Shown here in pieces: positions 51,263 through 60,218 of a DNA stretch of 64,000 nucleotides. Numbering within the stretch: position 1 is the stretch's first letter; each line of letters starts with the position of its first letter. The position numbers and the translations under genes were made by a program. A model generated the notes under the pieces. That model saw nothing but the letters and a program-made list of their open reading frames with translations, was not told the origin of the DNA and did not search any database. Location: the sequence record PV231353.1. The stretch is one strand, 5' to 3'.

Positions 51263-51888
51263 GCGGCCTTCTCCCGCATCTTGGCCGCGACCATGTCTTC
51301 CATGGCGTAGTAGCAGCGCTGGGTGGCGAGGACGTCGGCGATAGCGGTGTGGGCGTCCTCGAACCCCTCGCCGATCAGGTGCTTGTGGAGGTCGATCAGC
51401 TTGGGCTTGCGATAGCCGCCCTGCTTGGAGGGCAGCTTCATCAGCGGCATGCCGGCCAGGATCGTGTCGAACATCGCCTTGCCCGCGAACGGGTCGGCGT
51501 CCGGGCGGCCCAGGACGCGCCGCACGACGTTGGTCATGATCTTGTTGTCGAAGGAGACGTGATTGTGCCCGACGACCAAGTCGGCGACCGCGACCATGTC
51601 GCAGAAGGCTTCCACGACCAGGACCTCGGTGATCCCGATCTGCTCGGAAAGCTCGGGGCTGATCCCGTGGATGGCGGCGGCGCCGCCCTTGCCGTCCTTG
51701 CCGACGGTCCAGTCTTGCAGCACGTTGGCCGGCACGTCGCCGACCCGCAGGATCATGTCCAGGCGCTGCATTTCCCGGCGCTCCGGATTGGCCAGGATCG
51801 CCCCGAGTTGAACAACGCGAGGCTGCTCGTCCAGGGAGCGTTTGCTGTCCGGAAAGCCGGTGGTTTCGGTGTCGTAGAAAAGGATCAT
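51259..51888 (-). CDS. DEDDh 3'-5' exonuclease (DnaQ-like)
   Basis: FYDTETTG, VGHNH.SFD, AH.A.ADV motifs. Confidence 0.92.
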   Translation of the reverse strand: MILFYDTETTGFPDSKRSLDEQPRVVQLGAILANPERREMQRLDMILRVGDVPANVLQDWTVGKDGKGGAAAIHGISPELSEQIGITEVLVVEAFCDMVAVADLVVGHNHVSFDNKIMTNVVRRVLGRPDADPFAGKAMFDTILAGMPLMKLPSKQGGYRKPKLIDLHKHLIGEGFEDAHTAIADVLATQRCYYAMEDMVAAKMREKAA

Positions 51889-51936
51889 CGGGCGATCTCG
51901 TTCGGGAGTGTCTTGTTAACCAAGTTCCGGATGGGT

Positions 51937-51973
51937 GTCAAGATTCACGACATAGAAAGTCAGGAATCGCGAC
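51937..51973 (-). promoter_or_regulatory. Tandem motif copies (perfect at 51937-51951, variant at 51959-51973)
   Basis: GTCGTGAATCTTGACA-N15-GTTAAC on the - strand. Confidence 0.75.
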
Positions 51974-52634
51974 TTGCGGCCTCGGTCTTGATGATCTCGT
52001 AGATGCGCTGGGCCGACAGGCTGTAGGCCTCGGCCAGTTGCGACACCGGCTCGCCCTTGGCGTAGCAGTCGGCGATCTCGGCGTAGAAGCGCTTCTTGGC
52101 CTCGGCGCGGCGCAGCTTGGCCTCGGGCGCGTGGCGGTCGATGAAGCGATAGATCGCGATCCGGGTGACCCCATAGTCCTTGGCGATCAGAGGCACCGGC
52201 GCGTAGGCGGCGTAATCTTCGATGATGGTGGCGGCGTGGTCGGCGAGGGCCATGGGAATCTCCAGGGTGTCGAGGGCGCGGTCGATCACCACCGCCGCGC
52301 GCTTGGAAGGATGCTTGGTCAGGAAGCCGCAGGGGCGGCCGGCGGCGTAGGGCGGCTCCAGGCCCGCGCAGAGGTACTGGTCGGCGGTCGGGTCCAGCCG
52401 CCAGCCCTCGCGCGTCCCCAGCCACCAGTGCGTCCCGCCGTCGGGGTCGGGAGCGACCATGCCGCGCCAGACGCTGGCCTTGGCGTCGAGCAGATGCCAG
52501 AGCGCCTCGGCGGCGACATAGCAGTGCCCGGCGGTCGGGTTCGAAGCCGTGTACGCGGAACGATAGGGCTCGCGCAGAAGCTCGGGCGTGAGGCCGGCCT
52601 GGACGGCGCTAAGGGATTGGAGCGGCGACAGCAT
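51960..52634 (-). CDS. Cys/His (YunG-like) domain fused in frame to a Mor-like double HTH; internal start at 52253
   Basis: TGATG overlap with the polymerase stop; GHCYV...GGTHWW; C-terminal VSQLAEAYSLSAQRIYEII; GGAG SD 6 nt before ATG 52253. Confidence 0.75.
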   Translation of the reverse strand: MLSPLQSLSAVQAGLTPELLREPYRSAYTASNPTAGHCYVAAEALWHLLDAKASVWRGMVAPDPDGGTHWWLGTREGWRLDPTADQYLCAGLEPPYAAGRPCGFLTKHPSKRAAVVIDRALDTLEIPMALADHAATIIEDYAAYAPVPLIAKDYGVTRIAIYRFIDRHAPEAKLRRAEAKKRFYAEIADCYAKGEPVSQLAEAYSLSAQRIYEIIKTEAASRDS

Positions 52635-54880
52635 CAGTGCGTCTCCGCCCAGGTCCGGCCCCACTTGACGTCGACATCGACCGGCAGGCGGAAGTCGAAC
52701 CGCTCGCCCGCCTCCTTCGCCGCGTCGACGATGTTGCGGCGGCAGATTTCCTTGACCGCCGCATCGTCGCGCACCGCCACCTGCATTTCGTCGTGGACCC
52801 AGGCCAGGACGGCGTAGTCGCCGTGCCAGCCGTGGACCAGCCCGTCGTCCTCGTTGAAGGTCTCGAAGTTGACGCACCAGCCCTTGGCGATCGTGGCGCC
52901 GGCGCCCTGGAGCTTGGTGTTCAGCGCCGAGTGCTTGGCCCGCACGAAGAGATGGCGGCCGTCGAGGGCGTCGACATAGCCGCGCTTGGCTTCGCGCTGC
53001 ACCGACTTGACCACCTGTTGCAGGGCCGGGATGCGCGTCATGATCCGCCGGCGCATTTCCGAGCCCAGGGCCTTGGCCTTGGCGACGTTCATGGTCAGCG
53101 ACGGGTCGACGGTGCAGCCCAGCTTGTAGTCCTGGGCGCCGTAGATCATGGCGTAGATGAAGGTCTTGGCGGTGTCGCGCGACTCCATCTCCATGGCCGC
53201 TTGGTGGACGCCGTGGACGTCGCCGTCGAGCACGATCTTGCCGTACTGCCCGTTGTCGAACTCCGCCATGAAGTGGGCCAGACAGCGCAGTTCGATACCG
53301 GCTTGGTCGGCGCCCATCAGGGTCCAGCCCTCGGGGACGTAGAAGAGGTCGCGGCAGTCCCAGCCGTGATCGCCCTCGCGGCCCTTCATCAGGACCTTCT
53401 TGGTGACCACCTCGCCCTTTTCGTTCAGGGTGAACTCGCCCTCGGGCGTCAGCACCGGGCGGCCCCGGATTTGCTTGCCGTCCGGGCCGAGCAACGGGAT
53501 CGTCTTGGCCTCGTCCTTCCATTGCGGCGGCGACTTGAAGACGACGCGCGGGACCTGGGCGATGTTGGGGTTGGAGTGCGAGGCCCGGTTGGTCACCGTG
53601 CCGCCGACATTGACGCGGCCGTGAATTTTGCCGTCGCCGTTCCACTCCTCGCACTTGACCAGCCAGCCGTTCTTGCCGTCGACCAACTGCCCCAGGCGCT
53701 TCTTGTAGTAGAAGATTTCCGCCAGGGTCTCGCAGATCGGGATCACCAGCTTCTTGGTGTTCTCGTCCTCGGCCTTGGCCAGATCGCGCAGCACTTCGTC
53801 GTCCACCACCGGCGAGCCGGTTTCGGTGAACTCCTGGGGTTGCCAGCCATAGACCTTGGTCAAGCGGTCGATGATCTGCGGACGCGAGTTGGGGTTGAAC
53901 TCGGTGATCTTGACCGGGCAAAACGGCGCGCCGGCGGTGCGGTCGCCCTTCATCGGGTCCTTGTACTTGACATCGCGCGTCGGGACCGTCACCTCCGCCC
54001 AGTGCTCGCGGCTGTCGTCCTCGCCGAATTCGGGGCGCGGCTTGTAGGCGACCTGATCCTTCTCGGGCTTGCCGGTCTCGGGCGAGGTGTAGGTGGTCGA
54101 CTTGTGGCGCTTGAGCCACTTGCCCGGCACCCACCAGGAGCCGAAGTGCGCGATCGCCTCGTCCGACATCTTGGTGTGCGCCGTGCGCAGTTCTTCTTCC
54201 AGGCGACGCGCTCGCTCGCGGTGGAACGGGAAGCCGTTGCGCTGCACCCGCTCCATCATGTCGTGGATCATGTGTTCGAGCGTGATCGCGGTCTTGGACC
54301 ACGGCCGGCTCTCGATCTTGCGCCACAGGGCCTCGGTGACCTCGACGTCCTGGATCGCGTAGTCTTCCATGTCCTGGTTCCAGGACCCCCAGACGTACTT
54401 GCTGATCTCGGCCTTGTCGGTGATGCCCTTGGCCTTGGCCTCTTCCTCGGCCACGTCGGCGTAGTCGCCCTTGGGGAAGCCCAGGCGCTGGCCCCAGGCG
54501 CCCAGTTCGTGCGAGCCGATGTAGCCGCCCCAGAGGTCGCCGCGCTTCCACATCCGGAAGTCGTCGTCCTTGAGGTCGGCGAACAGCATGCGCGTCATCA
54601 CCAGGGTGTCGCGGATGATCCCCTGGGGATTGAACTTGTTGCCATAGACCTTCCACAGGGCCTCGCAGTCGAAGCCGATGATGTTGTGGCCGATCAGCAT
54701 GTCGGCGTCGTTCAGCATCGCGACGCCTTCGAGGATGTTGTCCTCGCGCTTGTTGCGGTGGAAGACCCAACGCTGACGGGTGTCGGCGTCCTTGATCACC
54801 AGGATGTGGATGCGCGTCAGTTGCAGCAGCAGCCCATCGGTTTCAAGGTCGAACAGGAGCCGGCGCTTACGGAGCTTCAT
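52634..54880 (-). CDS. Family A DNA polymerase (T7-like) with 3'-5' exonuclease
   Basis: FDLETDG, GHNIIGFD, Y.IQDV, GADQAGIELR, R..AKTFIYAMIYGA, QGAGA, VHDE motifs. Confidence 0.96.
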   Translation of the reverse strand: MKLRKRRLLFDLETDGLLLQLTRIHILVIKDADTRQRWVFHRNKREDNILEGVAMLNDADMLIGHNIIGFDCEALWKVYGNKFNPQGIIRDTLVMTRMLFADLKDDDFRMWKRGDLWGGYIGSHELGAWGQRLGFPKGDYADVAEEEAKAKGITDKAEISKYVWGSWNQDMEDYAIQDVEVTEALWRKIESRPWSKTAITLEHMIHDMMERVQRNGFPFHRERARRLEEELRTAHTKMSDEAIAHFGSWWVPGKWLKRHKSTTYTSPETGKPEKDQVAYKPRPEFGEDDSREHWAEVTVPTRDVKYKDPMKGDRTAGAPFCPVKITEFNPNSRPQIIDRLTKVYGWQPQEFTETGSPVVDDEVLRDLAKAEDENTKKLVIPICETLAEIFYYKKRLGQLVDGKNGWLVKCEEWNGDGKIHGRVNVGGTVTNRASHSNPNIAQVPRVVFKSPPQWKDEAKTIPLLGPDGKQIRGRPVLTPEGEFTLNEKGEVVTKKVLMKGREGDHGWDCRDLFYVPEGWTLMGADQAGIELRCLAHFMAEFDNGQYGKIVLDGDVHGVHQAAMEMESRDTAKTFIYAMIYGAQDYKLGCTVDPSLTMNVAKAKALGSEMRRRIMTRIPALQQVVKSVQREAKRGYVDALDGRHLFVRAKHSALNTKLQGAGATIAKGWCVNFETFNEDDGLVHGWHGDYAVLAWVHDEMQVAVRDDAAVKEICRRNIVDAAKEAGERFDFRLPVDVDVKWGRTWAETH

Positions 54881-55925
54881 GGAGCACCTTGAGGATTTGA
54901 TCGCCGATCCAGTCCACCATCGGGACGATCAGGCTGTTGCCGACGATGGTCCGGCGCTCGGTGTCCGAGAGCCCTTCGATCGCGGTGTGGCCGACGGGCA
55001 TGCCCATCAGGCGCTCGTACTCGGACACGGTGTGATTGCGGATGCGCCAGTCCTCGCCTTCCTTGACGAGCAGCATGGCGACGCTGGAGCCGCCGCCGGC
55101 CGTGCGCAGGCAGTTGGCGATTACGCCGCGCTCTTCGATTTGCTGGTCGGGGCGTCCGCGAACAGCGAGGGATCGAGCCCGTGGGACAGGGCGGCCGTCA
55201 ATTCCGGCGACAAGGTCCGACCGGCTCGGATCGCGTTGTTCAGGAGGGTCAAACGCCGGGACGGGCTCATGTACAATCCGGCGGGGATCGATTCCGGAGC
55301 GTCGAGTACACGCGACAAGCACAAGCCGGGGGCGGGACTGGGGGATTCCGAACTGGGGACCGTCGAAGACCGTCCAGGCGATCGCGCGGCGCGGTCCCAG
55401 CACATAACCACAGTCCGGCCACCGATTCCCTGCCGTGTCGTCGTCACCTTCGGGCTTTCCGTAGGGATAGAGGGGTTCTCGCTCGCCGGCGAGGCGTCCG
55501 AGGAATTGTCCAAAGGCGTTGTCCTTGTTGGAGAGGAGCTTGACCACGTTCTCGAAGCAGAAGATCGGAGGATCGACCTCGTCGATCACCCGCAGGCCCG
55601 AAAGGGTCAGTTGTCCGCGCGGGTCGGCCAGACCCAGGCCCTTGCCAGCCTCGCTCCACGGCTGGCAGGGGAACGACGCCCACAGGACGTCGACCTTGCC
55701 CTCGTGGGGCGTGCCGTCGATCTGTTCGAGGTTCCCGAGGTTCGGGACGGCCTTCCAGTGCGTCTCCAGGAGACGGATCGGGGCCGAGGCGATCTCGCTG
55801 AAGAAGCGGGCCTTGCCGCCCTTCTTCTCCCACGCCACCGAGGGGACGTCGGCGCCGGAGCAAAGGGTCGCAAAGACCCACGGCGTGACGCCGGAGGCGT
55901 CCGCAGGGGAGGGGTTCGGGGACAT
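54867..55925 (-). CDS. DNA cytosine-5 methyltransferase
   Basis: FPCQPWS.AG catalytic motif, ENV, Q.RPR, E.ERLMG.P, GNS motifs. Confidence 0.92.
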   Translation of the reverse strand: MSPNPSPADASGVTPWVFATLCSGADVPSVAWEKKGGKARFFSEIASAPIRLLETHWKAVPNLGNLEQIDGTPHEGKVDVLWASFPCQPWSEAGKGLGLADPRGQLTLSGLRVIDEVDPPIFCFENVVKLLSNKDNAFGQFLGRLAGEREPLYPYGKPEGDDDTAGNRWPDCGYVLGPRRAIAWTVFDGPQFGIPQSRPRLVLVACTRRSGIDPRRIVHEPVPAFDPPEQRDPSRSDLVAGIDGRPVPRARSLAVRGRPDQQIEERGVIANCLRTAGGGSSVAMLLVKEGEDWRIRNHTVSEYERLMGMPVGHTAIEGLSDTERRTIVGNSLIVPMVDWIGDQILKVLHEAP

Positions 55926-55944
55926 GGCTCTATGGTTAACGGAT

Positions 55945-55962
55945 GTCGTGAATCACGTCAAG
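55945..55962. promoter_or_regulatory. Rearranged motif GTCGTGAATCACGTCAAG upstream of the C5 MTase
   Basis: On the - strand the TTGAC precedes the GATTC half-site. Confidence 0.45.
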
Positions 55963-55980
55963 AAATGTCGTCAACGACGA

Positions 55981-56769
55981 CTAATTCTTGTCGGCGGCGG
56001 GCTGACGCAGGCGCGCGTGCATGGCCTCGATCTCGTCGTCCGACAGCGGCCGGCGGCCCGTGGTCTTGACCTCGCCACGCCAGATGACGTCGGCGAGCTT
56101 GAGGAACGCCTTGGCGAGCTTCTGCTTGTCGGTGTGCCCGATCGCGCGCTGAAGGCCCTCGGGCCAGCGCGGCGGCAGGGCGTAGAAATACATCAGCCCC
56201 GGCCGGGTCCAGACGTCGACGGCGAAGTCGCCCGCCTGCCGCTTTCCCACCGCGAACGACTGGTCGCCCAGCATCGCGACGTTGTTCTCGTCGTAGTAGC
56301 CGATCCCCAGCCTGATCTTGTCGATCTCGCTGTCATAGGCCAGCCACAGGCAGCGCCCATCGCCCAGGGGGACGTTCTCGATCTCCCAGTCCTGGGGATG
56401 GCCCCAGACCGCGTCGTGGGCTTCGCGGATGGCGTCGGCCAGCATGCCGGTGATCGTCTTGGGCGAGACCGAATCCCCGACCACCAGGAACGAGCCGGGC
56501 TCGATCTCCAGGGTCTTGTCGACCCCGAAATGCTCGGCCAGCCGCCCGGCCTTGAACGAGAAGCCCTCGCGCTCGATGCGGTCGGCGATCTCGTAGGCGA
56601 ATCCCGGCTTGAGGTTGAGCGTCATCACGTGCGAGACGTTCAGCCCCGAGGCCGATTCATGCCCGAGCCCGATCTGGATCGAATGGGTCTCGGACGTCAC
56701 CAGGGCGTAGAGGAAGCCCCCGGAGGGCCGGGTCGGATAGGCGACCCGGCGGGAGAAGAGGAGGGTCAT
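55981..56769 (-). CDS. Hypothetical protein
   Basis: 262 aa; in operon order. Confidence 0.8.
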   Translation of the reverse strand: MTLLFSRRVAYPTRPSGGFLYALVTSETHSIQIGLGHESASGLNVSHVMTLNLKPGFAYEIADRIEREGFSFKAGRLAEHFGVDKTLEIEPGSFLVVGDSVSPKTITGMLADAIREAHDAVWGHPQDWEIENVPLGDGRCLWLAYDSEIDKIRLGIGYYDENNVAMLGDQSFAVGKRQAGDFAVDVWTRPGLMYFYALPPRWPEGLQRAIGHTDKQKLAKAFLKLADVIWRGEVKTTGRRPLSDDEIEAMHARLRQPAADKN

Positions 56770-56779
56770 GGGACCTCGC

Positions 56780-58484
56780 TTACAGGCGCCAGTGGCGGCC
56801 GTTGAAGGTGATCAGCGCCCGCTTGCCGTTCGGGTACTGCACGCAGTGGGTGTGCGCCCAGGACGAGGGGCCGGTGTTGTAGCCCATGTCCAGCTTCGAG
56901 GTCGTGCCGGTGTTGTAGGCGCTCTCGAAAATGCCGGGCGAGTGAGTGTGGCCAAACGTAGTCTTCGGGCCGATCTTGGCGAACTGCTGGATGTTGCCGC
57001 GCGAGCCGTTGGCGCCGTTGTGACCGTGGTTGGAGTGCTCGACCCCACCGACGACGCAGGATTCGTCCTCGCGCAGGAACTTCACGCCGTTGCAGTTCCA
57101 GACGTCGAAGGCGTTGGTCATCACCTCCTCGAAGATCGAGAAGTTCTTCTCGCCGGTCCGGATCGAGGCGTAGACCGCCCGCTGACAGGTGAGGAAGAAC
57201 TCGGCATTGACCGGGTCGGCGCGGTAGTCGGCCGTCTTCAGCCACTTGTTGAGCGCCAGATCGTGGTTGCTCTCAACCACCGTGACCTTCGAGTCCGGGG
57301 CCTGCCGACCCAGGATGGTCAGGAACATCGCCACCTCGCGCAGTTCCTGCTCGACGCTTTCGGAGCCCTTGACATAGAGCCGGAAGCGGTCGTGCGGATC
57401 GGCGATGTTGTGGTGGTTGCGCGCCCGGAAGTCGGAGACGTCGTGGACGAAGATGTGCTCGGGCCGCAGGACGTCGATCATCGACGGCGTCGCCACGCTG
57501 CCCCACACCCGGCTCCCGTCGGCCGAGCGCTGCTCGGTCGGGAAGAAGCCGAAGGTGGCGGCCGAGACCTCGGGATCGATCTGCGCCACGTGGACGTCGC
57601 CGGGCGTCAGGCAGGCCACGCGATGGCCCTCGGTGACCACGCCGTCCTTGACGAAGACGTCCAGGTCGTAGAACGAGCCATCGGTGTCGCCCAGAAGGTG
57701 GCGGCAGAAGAACTTGCCGTCCTCGTCGACCTCGACCAGCACCGCGCCCAACTGGTGGTGGAAGCTGGCCTTGATCCCGGCCTTCTTGGGGACGTAGTTC
57801 GGCTTGGTGACCGCGCCCGTCGTCATGATCTGCTTGGACGGGGTGTGCTTCATCGTCGGAACGCTGACGAGTTGCACCTTGGCGTGGGGGAAGATGCCCC
57901 AGCGCTCGCGGGTGTAGGAGTGGAAGCCCGACAGCGGATTCTCGGCCGTGGGGAGGGTGTTCATCTCGCCGCAGAAGTCGATCCGGTCGGCGATCCGCAC
58001 GCGCTCGGCGACGAGGTATTCCATCACCCGCTTGTGGAAGAACGCCGCGTGCTTGGCGTGGTCCTCGAACAGGCGCTTGGAGTAGGTGAAGCCAGCGATC
58101 ATGATCTCGCACGGCGCGTCCTGGCGCAGGTGCTCGGCATAGGCCTCCAGGTTGTCGACGAACTCCTCGTGGATGTGCGTCGAGATCCTGGGCCGAGGAC
58201 AGGATGAACCGCCGGCGCCCGGTGGTCTCATCCACCGGCACGGTCCGGGCGGCGGGCGCCGGGCGGTGCGACAGCGGGTCCTTGCGCATCGAGTAGAGGC
58301 GGTTCTGGAGCGTCGTGCGCTTGACGCTGTACTTGCGCGAGAACGCCCGTTGACCGCCGGCCTTCTTGACCATCGCGTTCAGTTCTTCCGGCGACACCGA
58401 GTAGATGTCGAACGGACCCTCGGCCGGCAGGGCGGCCTTGGGCTTCTTGCCCGCCTTGGAAGCGTGTTCGAACTCAGCCGGCAT
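56780..58484 (-). CDS. HTH + calcineurin-like metallophosphoesterase-type protein, split by a 1-nt insertion at 58184
   Basis: N-part MPAEFEH...RRFILSSAQD (frame of 57273..58685) joins STHIHEEF... (frame of 56780..58231) if one base is removed; GDVH, HD..D, SNHD, HGH.G and GHTHS motifs. Confidence 0.8.
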
Positions 58485-59175
58485 AGAGAAGCTCCGGTTT
58501 GGCGCTGACCGGCTTGGACCACGACCAGACGTACCAAGCATAGGCGAAGCGCGGGGCGCCCTTGGTGCCGGCGATCCAGCGGGGGCGGTGACGAAGGGTG
58601 ACCTTCGCGGTGAAGGCGGGGTGATCGAACAGGTCCGCGCGCGAGCGCGCCGCGTCCCATTCGTGGCGGCAGAGGAAGGCCACAAGGCCCTGGTCGGCCT
58701 CCATCAGGTCCAGCGCGTGGCGCGCGGCGCGCTCGGCGTCCTTGCCGTAGGGCGGGTTGGTGACGATCGCGTCCGGGCGCGGCGGCAGCGGCGTGTTCTT
58801 GCGCTCCTCGCCTTTCTCGTCGACAACCGTCTCGGGGCGGGCCTTCAGCGCGCCCAGGCGGTCGAGGTCGGCCGGTGTCAGCTTGAAGAAGTCCTCGACC
58901 GCGTCGACCTCGAAGCCCTCGTAGCGGTGGATGTCCGTGGCGAGGACCTCCTGCACGAAGGGCTTGAGCGGCGTGGCGATGGCGCCGTTGCCGGCGAAGG
59001 GCTCCCAGGCGAAGAACGGGGCGAAGTCATCGCCCAGGGCCTCGATCAGGGCGTCGAAGGCCGGCCGAGGAGTCGGGTAAAAGTCCAGCGGGGTCCTGGC
59101 ATATCCGGAGGCGCCCAGCATGGAGGGGTCTTTGCGACCAGCATCGGAGAGAGACATGGTCGTGAGGGATGTCAT
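58474..59175 (-). CDS. Amino (N6-A/N4-C) DNA methyltransferase
   Basis: DFYPTP, WEPFAGNG, TDI and IVTNPPY motifs; start may be ATG 59157. Confidence 0.88.
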   Translation of the reverse strand: MTSLTTMSLSDAGRKDPSMLGASGYARTPLDFYPTPRPAFDALIEALGDDFAPFFAWEPFAGNGAIATPLKPFVQEVLATDIHRYEGFEVDAVEDFFKLTPADLDRLGALKARPETVVDEKGEERKNTPLPPRPDAIVTNPPYGKDAERAARHALDLMEADQGLVAFLCRHEWDAARSRADLFDHPAFTAKVTLRHRPRWIAGTKGAPRFAYAWYVWSWSKPVSAKPELLYAG

Positions 59176-59189
59176 GGTTAACGAAGGGT

Positions 59190-59204
59190 GTCAAGATTCA
59201 CGAC
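59190..59204 (-). promoter_or_regulatory. GTCGTGAATCTTGAC motif, MTase promoter
   Basis: Perfect copy on the - strand. Confidence 0.8.
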
Positions 59205-59205
59205 A

Positions 59206-59233
59206 TTGACTGTCGTGACGCAGCACGTTAATC
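59206..59233 (+). promoter_or_regulatory. Divergent sigma70-type promoter
   Basis: TTGACT-N15-GTTAATC, back-to-back with the motif copy. Confidence 0.65.
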
Positions 59234-59237
59234 AGGA

Positions 59238-59899
59238 GGCAACGGGCCGTCCTTCTGCATTAGCCCCGCCGTCGCGCCTTCCAGGCGGCACGGGCCGGGA
59301 CGGTGGTTGGTGACGAGCAGGCCGAGGCAGCGGCGGGCGAGTCGAAGGAGAACCCGGCGAGCGGCGGAAGGCGTCGTTGACGCCCTCGGACTCGACAAGC
59401 ACGGGGTGATGCCGGAAATCACCGCGATCGCGCGGACGTCTGGACGTTGCTAGGCGTAAGGCAGGCCTGCCGAGAAGTGGAAACGGCCGGGGCGGGCGGG
59501 ACTTGATCTCGTCCGCCTTTCCGCCTAAGCTTCCCTCATTGCAGGCGCAGCACCGCCCTTCGCTAACGGCCCCGAGGGGTACGCAAGGGCTAGAAGCCTT
59601 GCCTGGGACAGGACTGCCTCTGATCCAGGAACGCCCTGGGCCGCGTAGCGCCCATGACGCGAACGCCGGCCGAGAATGGGCGACTAGGCGTGACGGCGGC
59701 CAGAGGCCGCAGCGACATTCCAAGCTCGATAGAGCGATCGGCGGGCCGGGGCGAAAGCCCTGTTTCGAGAGCCAGGGCAACCCGTCATAGGTCCTGGTCG
59801 GGCGACGAGGCAGCAAGTCCCGCGAACGGAGCCTCTGAGGCGGCGTCACCAAGATGCAGCAGACGCAAAAAGGCCCCGATCGCGAGATCGGGGCCTTTT
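59238..59899 (+). ncRNA. Candidate ~630-660-nt structured non-coding RNA
   Basis: Own promoter and terminator; many hairpins; only mutually overlapping shadow ORFs. Confidence 0.5.
59867..59899. terminator. Bidirectional intrinsic terminator
   Basis: AAAAAGGCCCCGATC-GCGA-GATCGGGGCCTTTT. Confidence 0.92.
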
Positions 59900-59904
59900 C
59901 ATGT

Positions 59905-59993
59905 TGGAGCTTCGGGAGGGACTCGAACCCTCATAGGTGTTCCCACCAGCAGAGATTTGCAATCCCGCGCCTAACCTCTCAGTCCACCGAAGC
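59905..59993 (-). tRNA. tRNA-Cys(GCA) with long variable arm
   Basis: Reverse complement: GCTTCGG/CCGAAGC-T-CCA, GGGA-TTGCAAA-TCTC, V arm GGTG-GGAA-CACC. Confidence 0.88.
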
Positions 59994-59995
59994 AC

Positions 59996-60028
59996 AAAAG
60001 GACCTCGACGCCCGAAGGCCCGAGGTCC
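59996..60028 (-). terminator. Intrinsic terminator (- strand) upstream of tRNA-Cys
   Basis: GGACCTCG...CGAGGTCC-TTTT on the - strand. Confidence 0.7.
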
Positions 60029-60177
60029 GATCCGTAACCAGGGGAGGGCCGTAGCTGTCCCCTGACCCTGAACGACAGGTGGCGGGCTTGGTCGTCATCC
60101 CGTCAGGCTCGCGGCGCCGCTCGCCTGAACCGCCGATATGCCACGAGGGCAGTGATCCGCAGGTCCCCATAAATAGC

Positions 60178-60218
60178 AAAAAGGCCACGATCCGCGAGGA
60201 CCGTGGCCTTTTCGTTTT
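60178..60218. terminator. Bidirectional terminator closing the large RNA
   Basis: AAAAAGGCCACGATC-CGCGA-GGACCGTGGCCTTTT. Confidence 0.88.

Noticed and set aside
51960-54770. 936-aa track ORF overlapping the DNA polymerase
   Set aside because: Only its last 224 codons (from ATG 52634) look protein-like; the rest is an alternative frame of the polymerase.
59238-59860. RNase P RNA or group I/II intron
   Set aside because: No GAGGAAAGUCC/P4 signature and no recognisable intron core or exon context.
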